Shown piece after piece: positions 29,204 through 42,811 of a stretch of 64,000 bases of DNA. The stretch is taken from NCBI GenBank assembly GCA_963833095.1, contig CAWHWQ010000005.1, forward strand, positions 352,001-416,000. The letters run 5' to 3'. Numbering within the stretch: position 1 is the stretch's first letter; each line of letters opens with the position of its first letter. Both the position numbers and the translations under genes were made by a program. The stretch is from Vulcanimicrobiota bacterium. Lineage in GTDB: Bacteria > Vulcanimicrobiota > Vulcanimicrobiia > Vulcanimicrobiales > Vulcanimicrobiaceae. Under the pieces are notes generated by a model. That model did not search any database and was not told the DNA's origin. It saw only the letters and a list, made by a program, of their open reading frames with translations.

Positions 29204-29206
29204 TGC
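29168..29206. repeat. 15-nt tandem repeat (~2.6 copies) at the DUF899 start
   Basis: TTTCATTGCGAGATC twice plus GTTCATTGC; encodes MNDLAMKDLAMK. Confidence 0.9.
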
Positions 29207-29213
29207 ATTTCTC

Positions 29214-29759
29214 CTAAAGTGTTGATCCGCCGCACATCGGCGGGATGAGCCCCAGAATCGACAGGGGCGCGACGATGAGTACAATTCCGACTGCCACGAT
29301 CGCTAGTCCAAGCGGCACATCGATGAGGGCCTTGGGGGGCACAAGTTTCTGAGCCAGCACGATCGCGGCGATCGCCGCCATCCACACAACGTTCATCGTA
29401 CCCAGAGCCGCTTGCATCAACATGAGCCCGACGCACGAGCCGACGCAATAGAACCCGAAGGTAAACCCGTAGCGAACATTCTGCTCGCAGCGGCGACGAA
29501 AGTACCGTTTGAGCGGCGTGAGCTCATAGACGCCTGCGAGTATTGCGACGGCTCCGGCGAAGAGTGTGCTATGCGACGAAGCCAGCGCGCGGATACCAAA
29601 GCTCACAAGCAACCACACGGCGAGATACGACGCAATGAAGAGAAGCACGGCCGCCACGCGATCCCCGCCGCGAGCGCGCCGCCACGTGGCGGGCGCTGCG
29701 CTCGGCAGCATCATCGCCGCCATCATCGACACCCATGACGCCGTGCCCATTTCCATCAC
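29214..29759 (-). CDS. DUF2182 family predicted metal-binding membrane protein
   Basis: 'W..MMAAMMLPS', 'Y.LTPLK...RRC', 'G.YCVGSC..LM', 'MNVVWM'. Confidence 0.85.
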   Translation of the reverse strand: MMEMGTASWVSMMAAMMLPSAAPATWRRARGGDRVAAVLLFIASYLAVWLLVSFGIRALASSHSTLFAGAVAILAGVYELTPLKRYFRRRCEQNVRYGFTFGFYCVGSCVGLMLMQAALGTMNVVWMAAIAAIVLAQKLVPPKALIDVPLGLAIVAVGIVLIVAPLSILGLIPPMCGGSTL

Positions 29760-30202
29760 AGCACGCGTTCCAGCTCCACGAGCATCGCACCCCAGCCCTT
29801 CGCATGATTGTCGCGCTGCTGCGCATCACGGAAGTTTTCATGCGTGAGGGTGAGTTCGGTCTGCGTGCCGCGCGGCGCGAACTCGAGGCTGAGGATCGTC
29901 TCGCGCGCGAGCGCCGGATCGTCCTCTTCCCACGACCACGTGCACACGATGCGCTCATTCGGCACGAGCTCGCGATAGGTTCCGGTCGCTATGAACTGCT
30001 CCCCGTCCTCGCGATGCATAACGATGCGAAAGCTTCCGCCCAGACGCACGTCCGTCTGAGCATCGACGCGCGCGTTACCTGAAACGCACATGAATTCGCG
30101 CAAGATATCCGGGTCGGTCCAAGCCTTATAGACGCGCGCGGGCGAAGCATTGAACGTGTGTTTCAAGATCAATGTCGTCGGCGCGGTGGTGCTGTTATTC
30201 AC
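29756..30202 (-). CDS. SRPBCC/AHSA1 domain protein
   Basis: 'FNASPARVYKAWTDP', 'DVRLGG', 'VPNERIV.TW', 'H..GW'. Confidence 0.9.
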   Translation of the reverse strand: MNNSTTAPTTLILKHTFNASPARVYKAWTDPDILREFMCVSGNARVDAQTDVRLGGSFRIVMHREDGEQFIATGTYRELVPNERIVCTWSWEEDDPALARETILSLEFAPRGTQTELTLTHENFRDAQQRDNHAKGWGAMLVELERVL

Positions 30203-30543
30203 GTCTGATCGATCCTTTCAGGATTGCGGGCGAAGTAGTCATCCAAGCGTGCAAATGTCGCTTCCCAGAACCGGCGCTGCTCTTCGAGCCAACTCGATGC
30301 GGCCTGCATCGCCTTGGGCTCCAGCTCGCAATGGTGCACGCGGCCATCGATCTCGCGATTGAGCAAACCCGAACGCTCGAGCACCTTGAGATGCTTGGAG
30401 ACCGCCGGCTGCGACATCGAAAATTCCGAGGCGATCTGCCCTACCGTGAGCCGGCTGTGGGCCAGACGCTCGACGATCCGGCGCCGCGTAGGGTCCGAAA
30501 GGGCGGCGAAGACGGCGTCGAGCCTCAAACTATTGTTAACCAT
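30199..30543 (-). CDS. ArsR/SmtB family transcriptional regulator
   Basis: 'LDAVFAALSDPTRRRI', 'MSQPAVSKHLKVLE.SGL'. Confidence 0.92.
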   Translation of the reverse strand: MVNNSLRLDAVFAALSDPTRRRIVERLAHSRLTVGQIASEFSMSQPAVSKHLKVLERSGLLNREIDGRVHHCELEPKAMQAASSWLEEQRRFWEATFARLDDYFARNPERIDQT

Positions 30544-30580
30544 TTGGTTATATATTAGGCGAAACACGCCGCCTTGTCAA
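30537..30580 (-). promoter_or_regulatory. Sigma-70 promoter and palindromic operator over the ArsR start
   Basis: TTGACA (30580-30575)-N17-TAATAT (30557-30552); palindrome TAACCA-N2-TGGTTA (30537-30550) covers the ATG. Confidence 0.8.
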
Positions 30581-30593
30581 ACGTAGGTTCAGC

Positions 30594-31292
30594 ATGAGAC
30601 GCCTGCAATTTTTGCCCATCTACGCCATGCTTGCCGCGCTGATCGCGCTTCCGACGGCCGGTTGCGCCTTTGACGAAGGGCGCGTGAACGAAGACTTCCA
30701 TGCGACGCTGGCCCAGGCGCCGGCTTCGATCGAAGTGCACAACGCGGTCGGCGGAATTACCATCGTGGCCTGGGACAAGCCAAGCGTTGAGATCGATGCG
30801 CGCAAGTGGGGGAGTTCGCTCGAGGACGTTCGCGCGATTACGATCTCCGTTCAACCGAGCGCCACGGCGCTGATCGTAACCTCGCATTTCCCCACGAATT
30901 CGACCCACTGCCGGGTCGAGTACACGATTCACGCGCCCGCCAAGGCGAATCTCGATCTCGAGGAAAGCGTCGGAGGCATCAAGAGCACCGGCTTTACAGG
31001 GAATGCGCGCGAGAGCACCAGCACGGGCGCGGTCGCCGCGTCGATGGCGTCCGTCGGCGGAGCGCAGCACATCGCGCTGGAGGTCAGCGTCGGCGCCATT
31101 GCGCTCAAGATTCCCGCACAAAGTAGTGCCACGATCTCTGCGTCAACGTCGGTAGGCGCTATCAAGGCCGATTTTCCACTTTCGTATACGCAAAAATTCG
31201 TTGGTTCCAGCGCGAGAGGATCGATCGGCAAAGGCGACGCGCAGGTTGAGCTCACCGCGGCGACGGGCGCGATTGCCATCCAGCGCGAATAG
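30594..31292 (+). CDS. DUF4097-like beta-strand repeat exported protein (possible lipoprotein)
   Basis: Signal peptide ending TAGC; repeated 'S.G.I' units. Confidence 0.75.
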   Translation: MRRLQFLPIYAMLAALIALPTAGCAFDEGRVNEDFHATLAQAPASIEVHNAVGGITIVAWDKPSVEIDARKWGSSLEDVRAITISVQPSATALIVTSHFPTNSTHCRVEYTIHAPAKANLDLEESVGGIKSTGFTGNARESTSTGAVAASMASVGGAQHIALEVSVGAIALKIPAQSSATISASTSVGAIKADFPLSYTQKFVGSSARGSIGKGDAQVELTAATGAIAIQRE

Positions 31293-31298
31293 CGCCGG

Positions 31299-32474
31299 AT
31301 GCAGCGAACCGACCTCGGTATCGAAACGATCCTCGTTCACGGCGACCGCGACGCGGCTTCGGGCGGTTCTGTCACACCGCCGATCTACCAAACCTCAACC
31401 TTTGCCTTTGACGACGCCGATGCTATGGCCGCGGCCGCGCGCACGCCGACGTTCGAGCGATTCTACACGCGCTACGGCAATCCGAATCACGGCGCGGTCG
31501 AACGGATTCTCGCGTCGATCGAAGGCGGCGAAGCGGCAATGGTTAGCGCTTCGGGCATGGGCGCGATCACCTCAACCGCGATTGCACTAACCTCGGCCGG
31601 CGCGCATGTCGTCTCGCAGCGAATGATCTACGACGGCACGCGCGCGCTTTTGAGCGACATTCTCGCGCGGTTCGGCGTCGAGGTCACATACGTCGATCAG
31701 CACGATACGACCGCCTTCGCGGACGCCATGCGCCCGAACACGCGACTGGTCATGCTCGAATCGCCCAGCAATCCGTTGCTCGGCATTACCGACGTTGCCG
31801 CCGTCGCGCGCATTGCGCACGATGCCGGAGCGCTGGTGAGCATCGATAGCACGATCGCGACGCCGGTGAATCAGCGCCCGCTCGAACTGGGTGCCGACGT
31901 CGTGCTCCACAGCGCGACGAAATATCTCGGCGGCCACTCCGACCTCATCGCCGGCGCGGTCATCTCCTCGCGCGAGCTCATCGCGCGCATTTGGGAAGCG
32001 CACCACATCTTGGGTTCAACGCTCGGGCCGTTCGAGGCTTGGCTCTTGCTGCGCGGCTTGCGTACGCTCGAGATGCGTGTTGAACGGCACAACGCCAACG
32101 CGTTGGCCGTTGCGCGCGCAATGGAAGCGCATCCCCGCGTTACCCGTGTTTACTATCCGGGGCTTGAAACCCATCCCGGCGCCCAGATCGCCAAGCGGCA
32201 GATGCGCGGCTTCGGCGGCCTGGTCAGCATCGAGATCGACGGAACGTTCGACGACGCGCGTGGCGTCATCGACCGTTTGCGACTCTTTCATTCGGCTGCC
32301 AGTTTGGGCGGCGTGGAGTCATTGGTAGCGCAGCCTGCAACGATGTGGCCCGCTTCGAGCACATCCGCGAATGCGCGCGCGATGGGCATCATTCCGTCGT
32401 TGCTGCGCCTTTCGATCGGGGTTGAGCGCGCCCAGGATCTCATCGACGACCTCGCACGCGCGCTTACGTTCTAA
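31299..32474 (+). CDS. PLP-dependent trans-sulfuration enzyme (Cys/Met metabolism family)
   Basis: 'PPIYQTSTF', 'YTRYGNP', 'ESPSNP', 'HSATKYLGGHSD', 'SLGGVESL'. Confidence 0.93.
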   Translation: MQRTDLGIETILVHGDRDAASGGSVTPPIYQTSTFAFDDADAMAAAARTPTFERFYTRYGNPNHGAVERILASIEGGEAAMVSASGMGAITSTAIALTSAGAHVVSQRMIYDGTRALLSDILARFGVEVTYVDQHDTTAFADAMRPNTRLVMLESPSNPLLGITDVAAVARIAHDAGALVSIDSTIATPVNQRPLELGADVVLHSATKYLGGHSDLIAGAVISSRELIARIWEAHHILGSTLGPFEAWLLLRGLRTLEMRVERHNANALAVARAMEAHPRVTRVYYPGLETHPGAQIAKRQMRGFGGLVSIEIDGTFDDARGVIDRLRLFHSAASLGGVESLVAQPATMWPASSTSANARAMGIIPSLLRLSIGVERAQDLIDDLARALTF

Positions 32475-32477
32475 GCG

Positions 32478-33248
32478 GTGAAGAAGCCCTGGGAACCCGA
32501 GATCGACGTTGATGCGCCCCTCGCTCGGCGCTTGATCGCTGAGCAATTCCCGCAGTTTTCCGATGCCTCGCTGCGGCGCATCGGCGCAGGCTGGGACAAC
32601 GCTGCGTACTTGGTCGAAGAGCACCTCATCTTTCGGTTTCCCCGGCGCACCGTCTCAGCGCCCTCGATCGTGAAAGAATCCGCTGTGTTGCCGCTGTTGG
32701 CTCCGCGGCTTCCGTTCGCAATTCCGAAGCCGCTTTTTACCGGCGCACCGAGCGACGCGTATCCCTGGCACTTCGGCGGCTACGAGATTTTGTTCGGCGC
32801 GCCGGCGGATACGCGCGAACTCACTGCAGACGACGCCCGCGCGCTCGCTCTCGATCTGGCGACGTTCTTGCGCGCACTTCACGATCTCGATCCGGGGCCG
32901 CTGCTGGCCCACGATTTACGGAGCGACGAAATCGGCAAACTCGACCCAAAACGGCTCGGCGTGGATGAACCACCCCTTGAGGGAGCGCTGCGGATCGTGC
33001 ACGGTGATCTCTACGAAAAGCATCTGCTGCTCGATCAGCGTAACCGGCTGTGCGGCATCATCGACTGGGGCGACGTCCACCACGGACTCCCAGCGGTCGA
33101 TCTCTCCGCCGTTCATATGGTGATCCCGCCCGAGTTTCACGGCGCGTTTCTCTCAAGGTATGGCCAGGTCGACGAACGCACGTGGCAGTTTGCAGGCCAT
33201 CGCGCGCGTTACCACGTCGCGATGCGCCAAGAGGCTAATGCACGTTGA
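32478..33248 (+). CDS. APH/choline-kinase-like phosphotransferase
   Basis: 'GWDN', 'FRFPRR', 'HGDL', 'IIDWGD'. Confidence 0.88.
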   Translation: MKKPWEPEIDVDAPLARRLIAEQFPQFSDASLRRIGAGWDNAAYLVEEHLIFRFPRRTVSAPSIVKESAVLPLLAPRLPFAIPKPLFTGAPSDAYPWHFGGYEILFGAPADTRELTADDARALALDLATFLRALHDLDPGPLLAHDLRSDEIGKLDPKRLGVDEPPLEGALRIVHGDLYEKHLLLDQRNRLCGIIDWGDVHHGLPAVDLSAVHMVIPPEFHGAFLSRYGQVDERTWQFAGHRARYHVAMRQEANAR

Positions 33249-34101
33249 AATAAGCCGCGAGATTCGCGTGTTCGTCGAGCTCGACGTCGATCGCGCCCTT
33301 CGCTGAACTCAAGATCGTCGTGACGCCCGGACCATGCCCCGCGACGAACGATCCGCCATGCACCACGACGCCAACCGAAATTGCGCCGCTGCGATAGATT
33401 CGGCCAAATGAATTATCGGCATCGCTGATTGCCACGATGTCGCCCAGACGCAACTCACGCAAGCCGTGTTTCTCTGCCAACTCGTCGTCGAACGTCTGGA
33501 TATCGTAATCCCCGCGCACGACCGTCGACCGCCCAAGCCCCGACCCCATGACCGCAGCCGGTGCGATACGTGCAACGCGTACGCGTAAGCGCCCGCCGTG
33601 AATCTCCATCCCCATGCGATGCACGAGGTCGGGATCGAGGTTGAATGCGCGAATATCCGGCAGATCCAGGAAGCGCAGCCCAAGCCCGCACGACCAAACC
33701 GTAATCTTGTCGCCGATCGTCATGCGGCGCATCACTTCGGGTGAGAAATCGACCATCACGTGCTCGACCCCGCCGTGCTTTCCCGTGACACGGCCGCGCT
33801 CACCCTTCGCATCGCCGGATGACACGACTGCCTCGTTGCCGATACAGGCAAGAACGTTGAGCGTCGTGTTCAGCCGGTCGTCGGGATGTTTGACCGACAC
33901 CGCCGGCTCGATGTGATCGGCCATAAACGCAAATGCCGAAGCGCCCACACGCACGTTCGGCGTGATACCGCCCACCGAGGGAACGATAAACGGCCGGCCA
34001 TCGAAACTCACGTCGTACAGGCCGGTGTTCACGAGCATCGGCGCAACTTCGCCGGTGACGGCGGAGAGCACCAGCTCTTCGCGGTTGATACGCAGGGACA
34101 A
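33235..34101 (-). CDS. DUF4438 family protein
   Basis: 'GGIT.NVRVG', 'DHIEPAVS', 'CIGN.A.V.SG.AKG..G.VTGKHGG', 'GHGPGVT'. Confidence 0.8.
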   Translation of the reverse strand: MSLRINREELVLSAVTGEVAPMLVNTGLYDVSFDGRPFIVPSVGGITPNVRVGASAFAFMADHIEPAVSVKHPDDRLNTTLNVLACIGNEAVVSSGDAKGERGRVTGKHGGVEHVMVDFSPEVMRRMTIGDKITVWSCGLGLRFLDLPDIRAFNLDPDLVHRMGMEIHGGRLRVRVARIAPAAVMGSGLGRSTVVRGDYDIQTFDDELAEKHGLRELRLGDIVAISDADNSFGRIYRSGAISVGVVVHGGSFVAGHGPGVTTILSSAKGAIDVELDEHANLAAYFNVH

Positions 34102-34145
34102 CGGACTCGCTCCATGCGGGCGCGAACCACCCGCTAAGCTCTCTT

Positions 34146-34520
34146 ATGCAAATCCGAAAGCACTTCCGCTTTGAAGCGGCCCATGTACTTCCGTACCACC
34201 CCGGCAAATGTGCCCGCTTGCACGGCCACTCCTACCGGCTCGAGGTCGCTGTGCGCGGGCCTTTACAATCGCAGGGCCCGGCGCGCGGCATGATCGCCGA
34301 TTTCGAGACCATCAAGCAGGTGGTGCGCGCCGAAGCCGTTGACGTGCTCGATCATCAGAACCTCAATGATTTCATAGACAATCCGACCGCCGAGCAGATC
34401 GTGATGTGGATCTGGCGTCGCCTCGATCCACAGCTCGAGGGTCTCGACGAACTGGTCTTGTGGGAGACGCAGACGAGCTGCGCCGTCCTGCGCCGCTCCG
34501 ACTTCGGCCCCGGGGCTTAG
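34146..34520 (+). CDS. queD: 6-carboxy-5,6,7,8-tetrahydropterin synthase
   Basis: 'FEAAH', 'C.RLHGHSY', 'LDH..LN', 'NPTAE', 'WET'. Confidence 0.95.
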   Translation: MQIRKHFRFEAAHVLPYHPGKCARLHGHSYRLEVAVRGPLQSQGPARGMIADFETIKQVVRAEAVDVLDHQNLNDFIDNPTAEQIVMWIWRRLDPQLEGLDELVLWETQTSCAVLRRSDFGPGA

Positions 34521-34534
34521 CGGTTCTTTTCGCA

Positions 34535-35110
34535 ATGCTGCAACTCGCGGAGATTTTTTACAGCATCCAAGGCGAGGGTACGTGGAGCGGAACGCCGGCG
34601 GTGTTCGTGCGTCTTGCAGGCTGCAATCTCGCCTGCGATTTCTGCGACACCGACTACTCGTTGAAGTTTCTCGCCAGTATCGACGACGTCGTGCGGGACG
34701 TTCGCGCCGAGGGCGGTGAATGCCCAATGGTGATCCTGACCGGCGGAGAGCCGCTCGCGCAGGCGGAAACGCTGCCACTTATCGAGGCGTTGCGACGCGA
34801 TGGTCGCCGCGTTCACATCGAATCGAACGGCACGATCTACACCGAACTTCCCGACGACGTGTGGCTGTGCGTGTCACCCAAGGAGCGTGTGGATCCGCGC
34901 ATGGCGCAACGCGCCAACGAGGCCAAGCTCATCGTCGACGAACGTGTGCCTGAAGAGCATCTCCAACTCTTTACAGGAAAACCCGTCATTTTGCTGCAGC
35001 CCGAGGGCAACAAACAAAAGAACGTGGAGATCGCGCTCGAATACGCCAAAGCACATCCGGAGCGGTTTCGCCTCTCCTTGCAAACGCACAAAATGATTGG
35101 AGTGCGATGA
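34535..35110 (+). CDS. queE: 7-carboxy-7-deazaguanine synthase (radical SAM)
   Basis: 'EIFYSIQGEG', 'CNLACDFCDT', 'TGGEP', 'LSLQTHK'. Confidence 0.95.
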   Translation: MLQLAEIFYSIQGEGTWSGTPAVFVRLAGCNLACDFCDTDYSLKFLASIDDVVRDVRAEGGECPMVILTGGEPLAQAETLPLIEALRRDGRRVHIESNGTIYTELPDDVWLCVSPKERVDPRMAQRANEAKLIVDERVPEEHLQLFTGKPVILLQPEGNKQKNVEIALEYAKAHPERFRLSLQTHKMIGVR

Positions 35111-35724
35111 TTCTCTTAGTGAGCGCCGTGGCACAGGAACTCGAGTGGCTCGGACCCCGGGCTGGCGTCGAAACACTGGTCTCGGGCATCGGCCCGGTCG
35201 ACGCGGCCGTGCGCGTCGCCCGTGCGCTCGCGGCCAAGCGGTACGACATGGTGGTGAATGCCGGGATCGCGGGCGCCTTCCCCGGGGTCGCGCACGTCGG
35301 TGATGGCGTCGTCGTCGGCGAAGAACTGTACGAAATGCAGCAAGAAAGCGGCGCGCCGCTGGCTCTTCCGCCGGGCAATTTGATCGCCGATCGCGTTCCC
35401 TCTGATGCGCAGTTGATAGAAGCAATCACCTCGCTCGGCTTTCCGCTCGTGCGCGGCATCACCGTCGCGCACGTGACGGCTACCGATGCTACGGCGGCGC
35501 GCCTGCGCGCGCGGGGCGCCGAAATCGAATCGATGGAAGGATTCGCCGTGCTACGGGCTGCGCAACTCGCCAACGTTCCGGCAATCGAAGTGCGCGGCAT
35601 TTCGAACATCGTCGGCGATCGCTCCAAGAGCGAGTGGGATTTTGCCGCGGGAATTCTCGGACTGCGGCGCGTGCTCAACGCAACGCTCGATCTGTTGCAC
35701 ACCAGTCCGACTCATGCCGACTGA
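35107..35724 (+). CDS. mqnB: Futalosine hydrolase
   Basis: PNP/MTAN fold 'GIGPVDAA', 'NAGIAGAF', 'ESMEG', 'EVRGISN.VG.R...W'; adjacent to mqnD. Confidence 0.88.
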   Translation: MILLVSAVAQELEWLGPRAGVETLVSGIGPVDAAVRVARALAAKRYDMVVNAGIAGAFPGVAHVGDGVVVGEELYEMQQESGAPLALPPGNLIADRVPSDAQLIEAITSLGFPLVRGITVAHVTATDATAARLRARGAEIESMEGFAVLRAAQLANVPAIEVRGISNIVGDRSKSEWDFAAGILGLRRVLNATLDLLHTSPTHAD

Positions 35725-36558
35725 CGTTCGAACGCACACGCTGGCCTATTCGCCCTGTCCGAACGACACGTACGTTTTTGCGGCGCTTACCAACGGACTG
35801 CTAGCCGATGCACCGGCGGTGCGCGTCCACTTTGCCGACATCGAAGAACTCAACCTCGCCGCTGCGCGCGCGGACTACGAGCTCACCAAAGTCAGCTATG
35901 GCGCGATTCCATCGCTCATGCGCGACTACCGCATCCTGCGCTCCGGCGGTGCGCTCGGGCGCGGCTGCGGACCGCTGGTCGTGACCCGGCCGGGCCGCGC
36001 GCGCGATCTTGCCGCCGTGCGCGATCTACGCGTCGCCATTCCGGGCGAACGCACCACCGCGTTCATGCTCCTGCAGCTTGCGCTGGGCGAACGCCCCAAG
36101 ACCGTCAAATGCGTTTCGACCAGATCATTCCCGCCGTTGAGAGCGGCGAGGTCGACGCCGGGCTGATCATCCACGAATCGCGGTTCACCTATCAAGCAGC
36201 GGGACTCGTGAGCGTCGCCGATTTAGGCGAATGGTGGGAATCCGTTAGTGGTATGCCGATCCCGCTCGGCGCGATTCTTGCGCGCAATGATCTGGGCGAT
36301 GAACGCATCCACGCAATCGACGAAGCGATTCGCGCCAGCTTGCGCTTTGCGCGCGCCAACGAGGCAGCCATCATGCCGTTCGTTCGCGAGCATGCCTTTG
36401 AAATGAGCGATGAGGTGATGCGCAAGCACATCGCCCTTTACGTTAACGACTACAGCGACGATATCGGCGACGATGGCATCGCGGCGGTCAACGAACTCTT
36501 CGCGCGCGCGCGCGCAGCCGGCATTCTGGAGGCCGATGCAACGCCGCGCTTTTCTTAG
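35714..36558 (+). pseudogene. mqnD: 1,4-dihydroxy-6-naphthoate synthase split by a 1-nt frameshift at ~36107-36109 (possibly a sequence error)
   Basis: The 5' part has 'YSPCPNDT', 'GGALGRGCGPL' and 'IPG..TTA'; the 3' part, in another frame, has 'MRFDQI...GLIIHESRFTY...DLGEWW...PLG...HIALYVN'. Confidence 0.88.
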
Positions 36559-37744
36559 CATCGTGGGTGCATTGCCGCTGCTTGCGGCAACCGTTCCTTC
36601 GGCGAACGTTACCCTCGGCGATGAAGTCTTCCTGAATCAAACCTGGCGCGAGCTTCGGGGACGGCGCGTCGGCGTCATCACCAACCAGACCGGCGTCACC
36701 TCAAAACTCGAGTCGCTGGTCGACGCAATCCGCCGCAATCCATCGATTCATCTCAGCGCGGTTTACGCGCCCGAACATGGCTTTCGCGGTGACCGCACTG
36801 CCGGCTCGTACATACCCTCGTACACCGATGAGGCGACCGGCTTGCCGGTCTATAGCCTATACGGTCCCACGCGTCATCCAAGCGAGGCGATGCTGCATGA
36901 GGTCGACGTGCTGCTCTTCGACATTCAAGATGTCGGGTCGCGCGCCTATACGTTCATCTCGACAATGGCTTACGCAATGCAGAGCGCTGCGGCGCAGGGC
37001 AAGGAGTTCTGGGTGCTGGATCGGCCCAATCCCGTCGGCGGCACGCTCGTCGAAGGGCCGGTGCTCGAACCCAGCGAGGAATCATTCATTGGGTTGTACC
37101 CGATCGCGATGCGCCATGGGATGACGGTCGGCGAGCTCGCGCGGCTTTTCAACGAGCATTTCAACATCGGCGCAAAGCTGCGCGTGATCGCGATGCAGCA
37201 GTACCGCCGCGCCATGATTTGGCCCGACACGGGATTGCAGTGGGTCCCGAGCTCGCCGAACATTCCCACCTGGCAGACGACCTTTCCGTATCTGTGCACC
37301 GGCTTGATCGATAACGCGGGCGTCAACGGCGGCGTCGGCACGACCAAACCGTTCTTTTATGCCGGCGGCCCGGGGCTCGACGCTGATGCACTGGCAAACC
37401 ATCTCAACGCGCGCAACTTGCCCGGGGTCTACTTTCGCTCGGCCTCGTGGTCGCCGATCGCGGGATTCTGGAAAGATAAGGAACTGCGCGGCGTGGAGCT
37501 GATGATCGTCGATCCGCGCAGCTTCATGGCCGTGCGCAGTGCCGTCGAGATTCTCTGCTCGGTGCGCGAGATTGCTCCGCGTCAGATCGAGATCAAAGAA
37601 CCCGCCGCGCTGGATCGCGACTGGGGAACGACATCGCTACGTTTGGGCCTGGTGAGCGGAAGAAGCGCCGATGCGATTGTGGACGAGTGGAGCTCGCGTG
37701 TGGAGGCGTTCCGCGAGCTACGCTCGCGCTTCTTGACCTACTAA
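36536..37744 (+). CDS. namZ: Exo-beta-N-acetylmuramidase NamZ (DUF1343) family
   Basis: Tat-like 'MQRRAFL'; 'NQTG', 'PEHG', 'YSLYG', 'FDIQDVG.R.YT', 'LDRPNP', 'SPNIP'. Confidence 0.9.
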   Translation: MQRRAFLSIVGALPLLAATVPSANVTLGDEVFLNQTWRELRGRRVGVITNQTGVTSKLESLVDAIRRNPSIHLSAVYAPEHGFRGDRTAGSYIPSYTDEATGLPVYSLYGPTRHPSEAMLHEVDVLLFDIQDVGSRAYTFISTMAYAMQSAAAQGKEFWVLDRPNPVGGTLVEGPVLEPSEESFIGLYPIAMRHGMTVGELARLFNEHFNIGAKLRVIAMQQYRRAMIWPDTGLQWVPSSPNIPTWQTTFPYLCTGLIDNAGVNGGVGTTKPFFYAGGPGLDADALANHLNARNLPGVYFRSASWSPIAGFWKDKELRGVELMIVDPRSFMAVRSAVEILCSVREIAPRQIEIKEPAALDRDWGTTSLRLGLVSGRSADAIVDEWSSRVEAFRELRSRFLTY

Positions 37745-38058
37745 GCTGCGCCAGGAAGTTCGTCGACGCGCCGGATGATGTTCAGCGAGTCGGCGAGGGG
37801 GATCGCGCGCAAGGTTGACATGACGCGATCCTCGAGGGCGACGCACGTCACACGTGCGTGCAGCTCCGATGCGCGGCGCAGCAGCCCCTGCAGCGCCGCG
37901 ATCGTTGCTTCCTCGAGATTGGGGAACGTGTCCATGACGACAACGATGTTTTTTCGGCCGCCCGCCACAAAGCGTTCGACCTGCGCAAGCAGCTCCGCAT
38001 CGAGCGGTTCGCTCCCGCGAGCATGACCCGTGATAAACGCGAGGTTATGCTGTGTCAT
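37741..38058 (-). CDS. STAS-like small protein
   Basis: ~105 aa alpha/beta pattern resembling an anti-anti-sigma STAS fold; start at 38058, 38079 or 38103. Confidence 0.55.
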   Translation of the reverse strand: MTQHNLAFITGHARGSEPLDAELLAQVERFVAGGRKNIVVVMDTFPNLEEATIAALQGLLRRASELHARVTCVALEDRVMSTLRAIPLADSLNIIRRVDELPGAA

Positions 38059-38126
38059 CGTGCGACTATCGTACGACATGAGTCTGGGGGCGACATTAGC
38101 CACGCGGTAAAGCGTCAGACCTCCGG

Positions 38127-38158
38127 ACTATACAAGAGCGGTGCCCCTGTCGTATAGT
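38127..38158. promoter_or_regulatory. Symmetric divergent -10 boxes (ACTATAC-N18-GTATAGT)
   Basis: TATAGT on both strands; the plus-strand copy is 5 nt before the gltB ATG. Confidence 0.5.
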
Positions 38159-38163
38159 TGGGC

Positions 38164-42387
<4,224 letters not shown>

Positions 42388-42389
42388 GC

Positions 42390-42433
42390 CTTGTCATGGT
42401 GAGCGTAGGCGCGAAGCGCCGTAGTCGAACCAT
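42390..42433 (+). repeat. REP-like palindromic unit (variant with ATGGT/ACCAT stem)
   Basis: CTTGTCATGGTGAGCGTAGGCGCGAAGCGCCGTAGTCGAACCAT; same layout as 19887-19930. Confidence 0.8.
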
Positions 42434-42436
42434 CGC

Positions 42437-42793
42437 CTAAGAGCTTTCGCGTCGAAACTCGTGGATAACCTCGATGGCGCCGACAAGATTTGCGTTAAAG
42501 CTTTCTAGGTCGGCGGCGGGAATCCAGTACTCCAGGTGTGTCTTGCTCCCTACCTGGCGCACCTCATACCCCTTGAGAAACGCCGACTTCACGCGAAAGC
42601 GCGTTACATAACCGACACCTGTTGTCTCCTGCGTATTCCATTCCCGAGCGATCTCGATCGCGTACTCTTCGTTCAGAACAGGATAGAATATCGGCTGCTC
42701 GGGTAACCGTGGCGGAAACCGCGTGTGCCCCGATTCTCGAATGAGATCGAGTTCGGATGCTCCAACAGGCCGATAGAGCGTTGTGGCTTCGAT
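42437..42793 (-). CDS. Conserved small protein of the type usually annotated 'ADP-ribosylation/crystallin J1'; no canonical start (ATC); missed by the ORF track
   Basis: Manual translation: (I)EATTLYRPVGASELDLIRESGHTRFPPRLPEQPIFYPVLNEEYAIEIAREWN...GYVTRFRV...HLEYWIPAADLESFNANLVGAIEVI...*. An in-frame TAG lies 10 codons upstream with no ATG/GTG/TTG between. Confidence 0.8.
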   Translation of the reverse strand: MEATTLYRPVGASELDLIRESGHTRFPPRLPEQPIFYPVLNEEYAIEIAREWNTQETTGVGYVTRFRVKSAFLKGYEVRQVGSKTHLEYWIPAADLESFNANLVGAIEVIHEFRRESS

Positions 42794-42811
42794 CTCGAGA
42801 GAGATTTCGCC

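Noticed and set aside
32478..33248. Aminoglycoside resistance gene
   Set aside because: Only generic APH-fold motifs are present; there is no mobile context and the substrate cannot be inferred.
34146..35110. queD/queE as part of a 7-deazaguanine DNA-modification (dpd) island
   Set aside because: No dpdA/tgt-like or other defence genes are nearby; the context is housekeeping (mqnB, mqnD, namZ).
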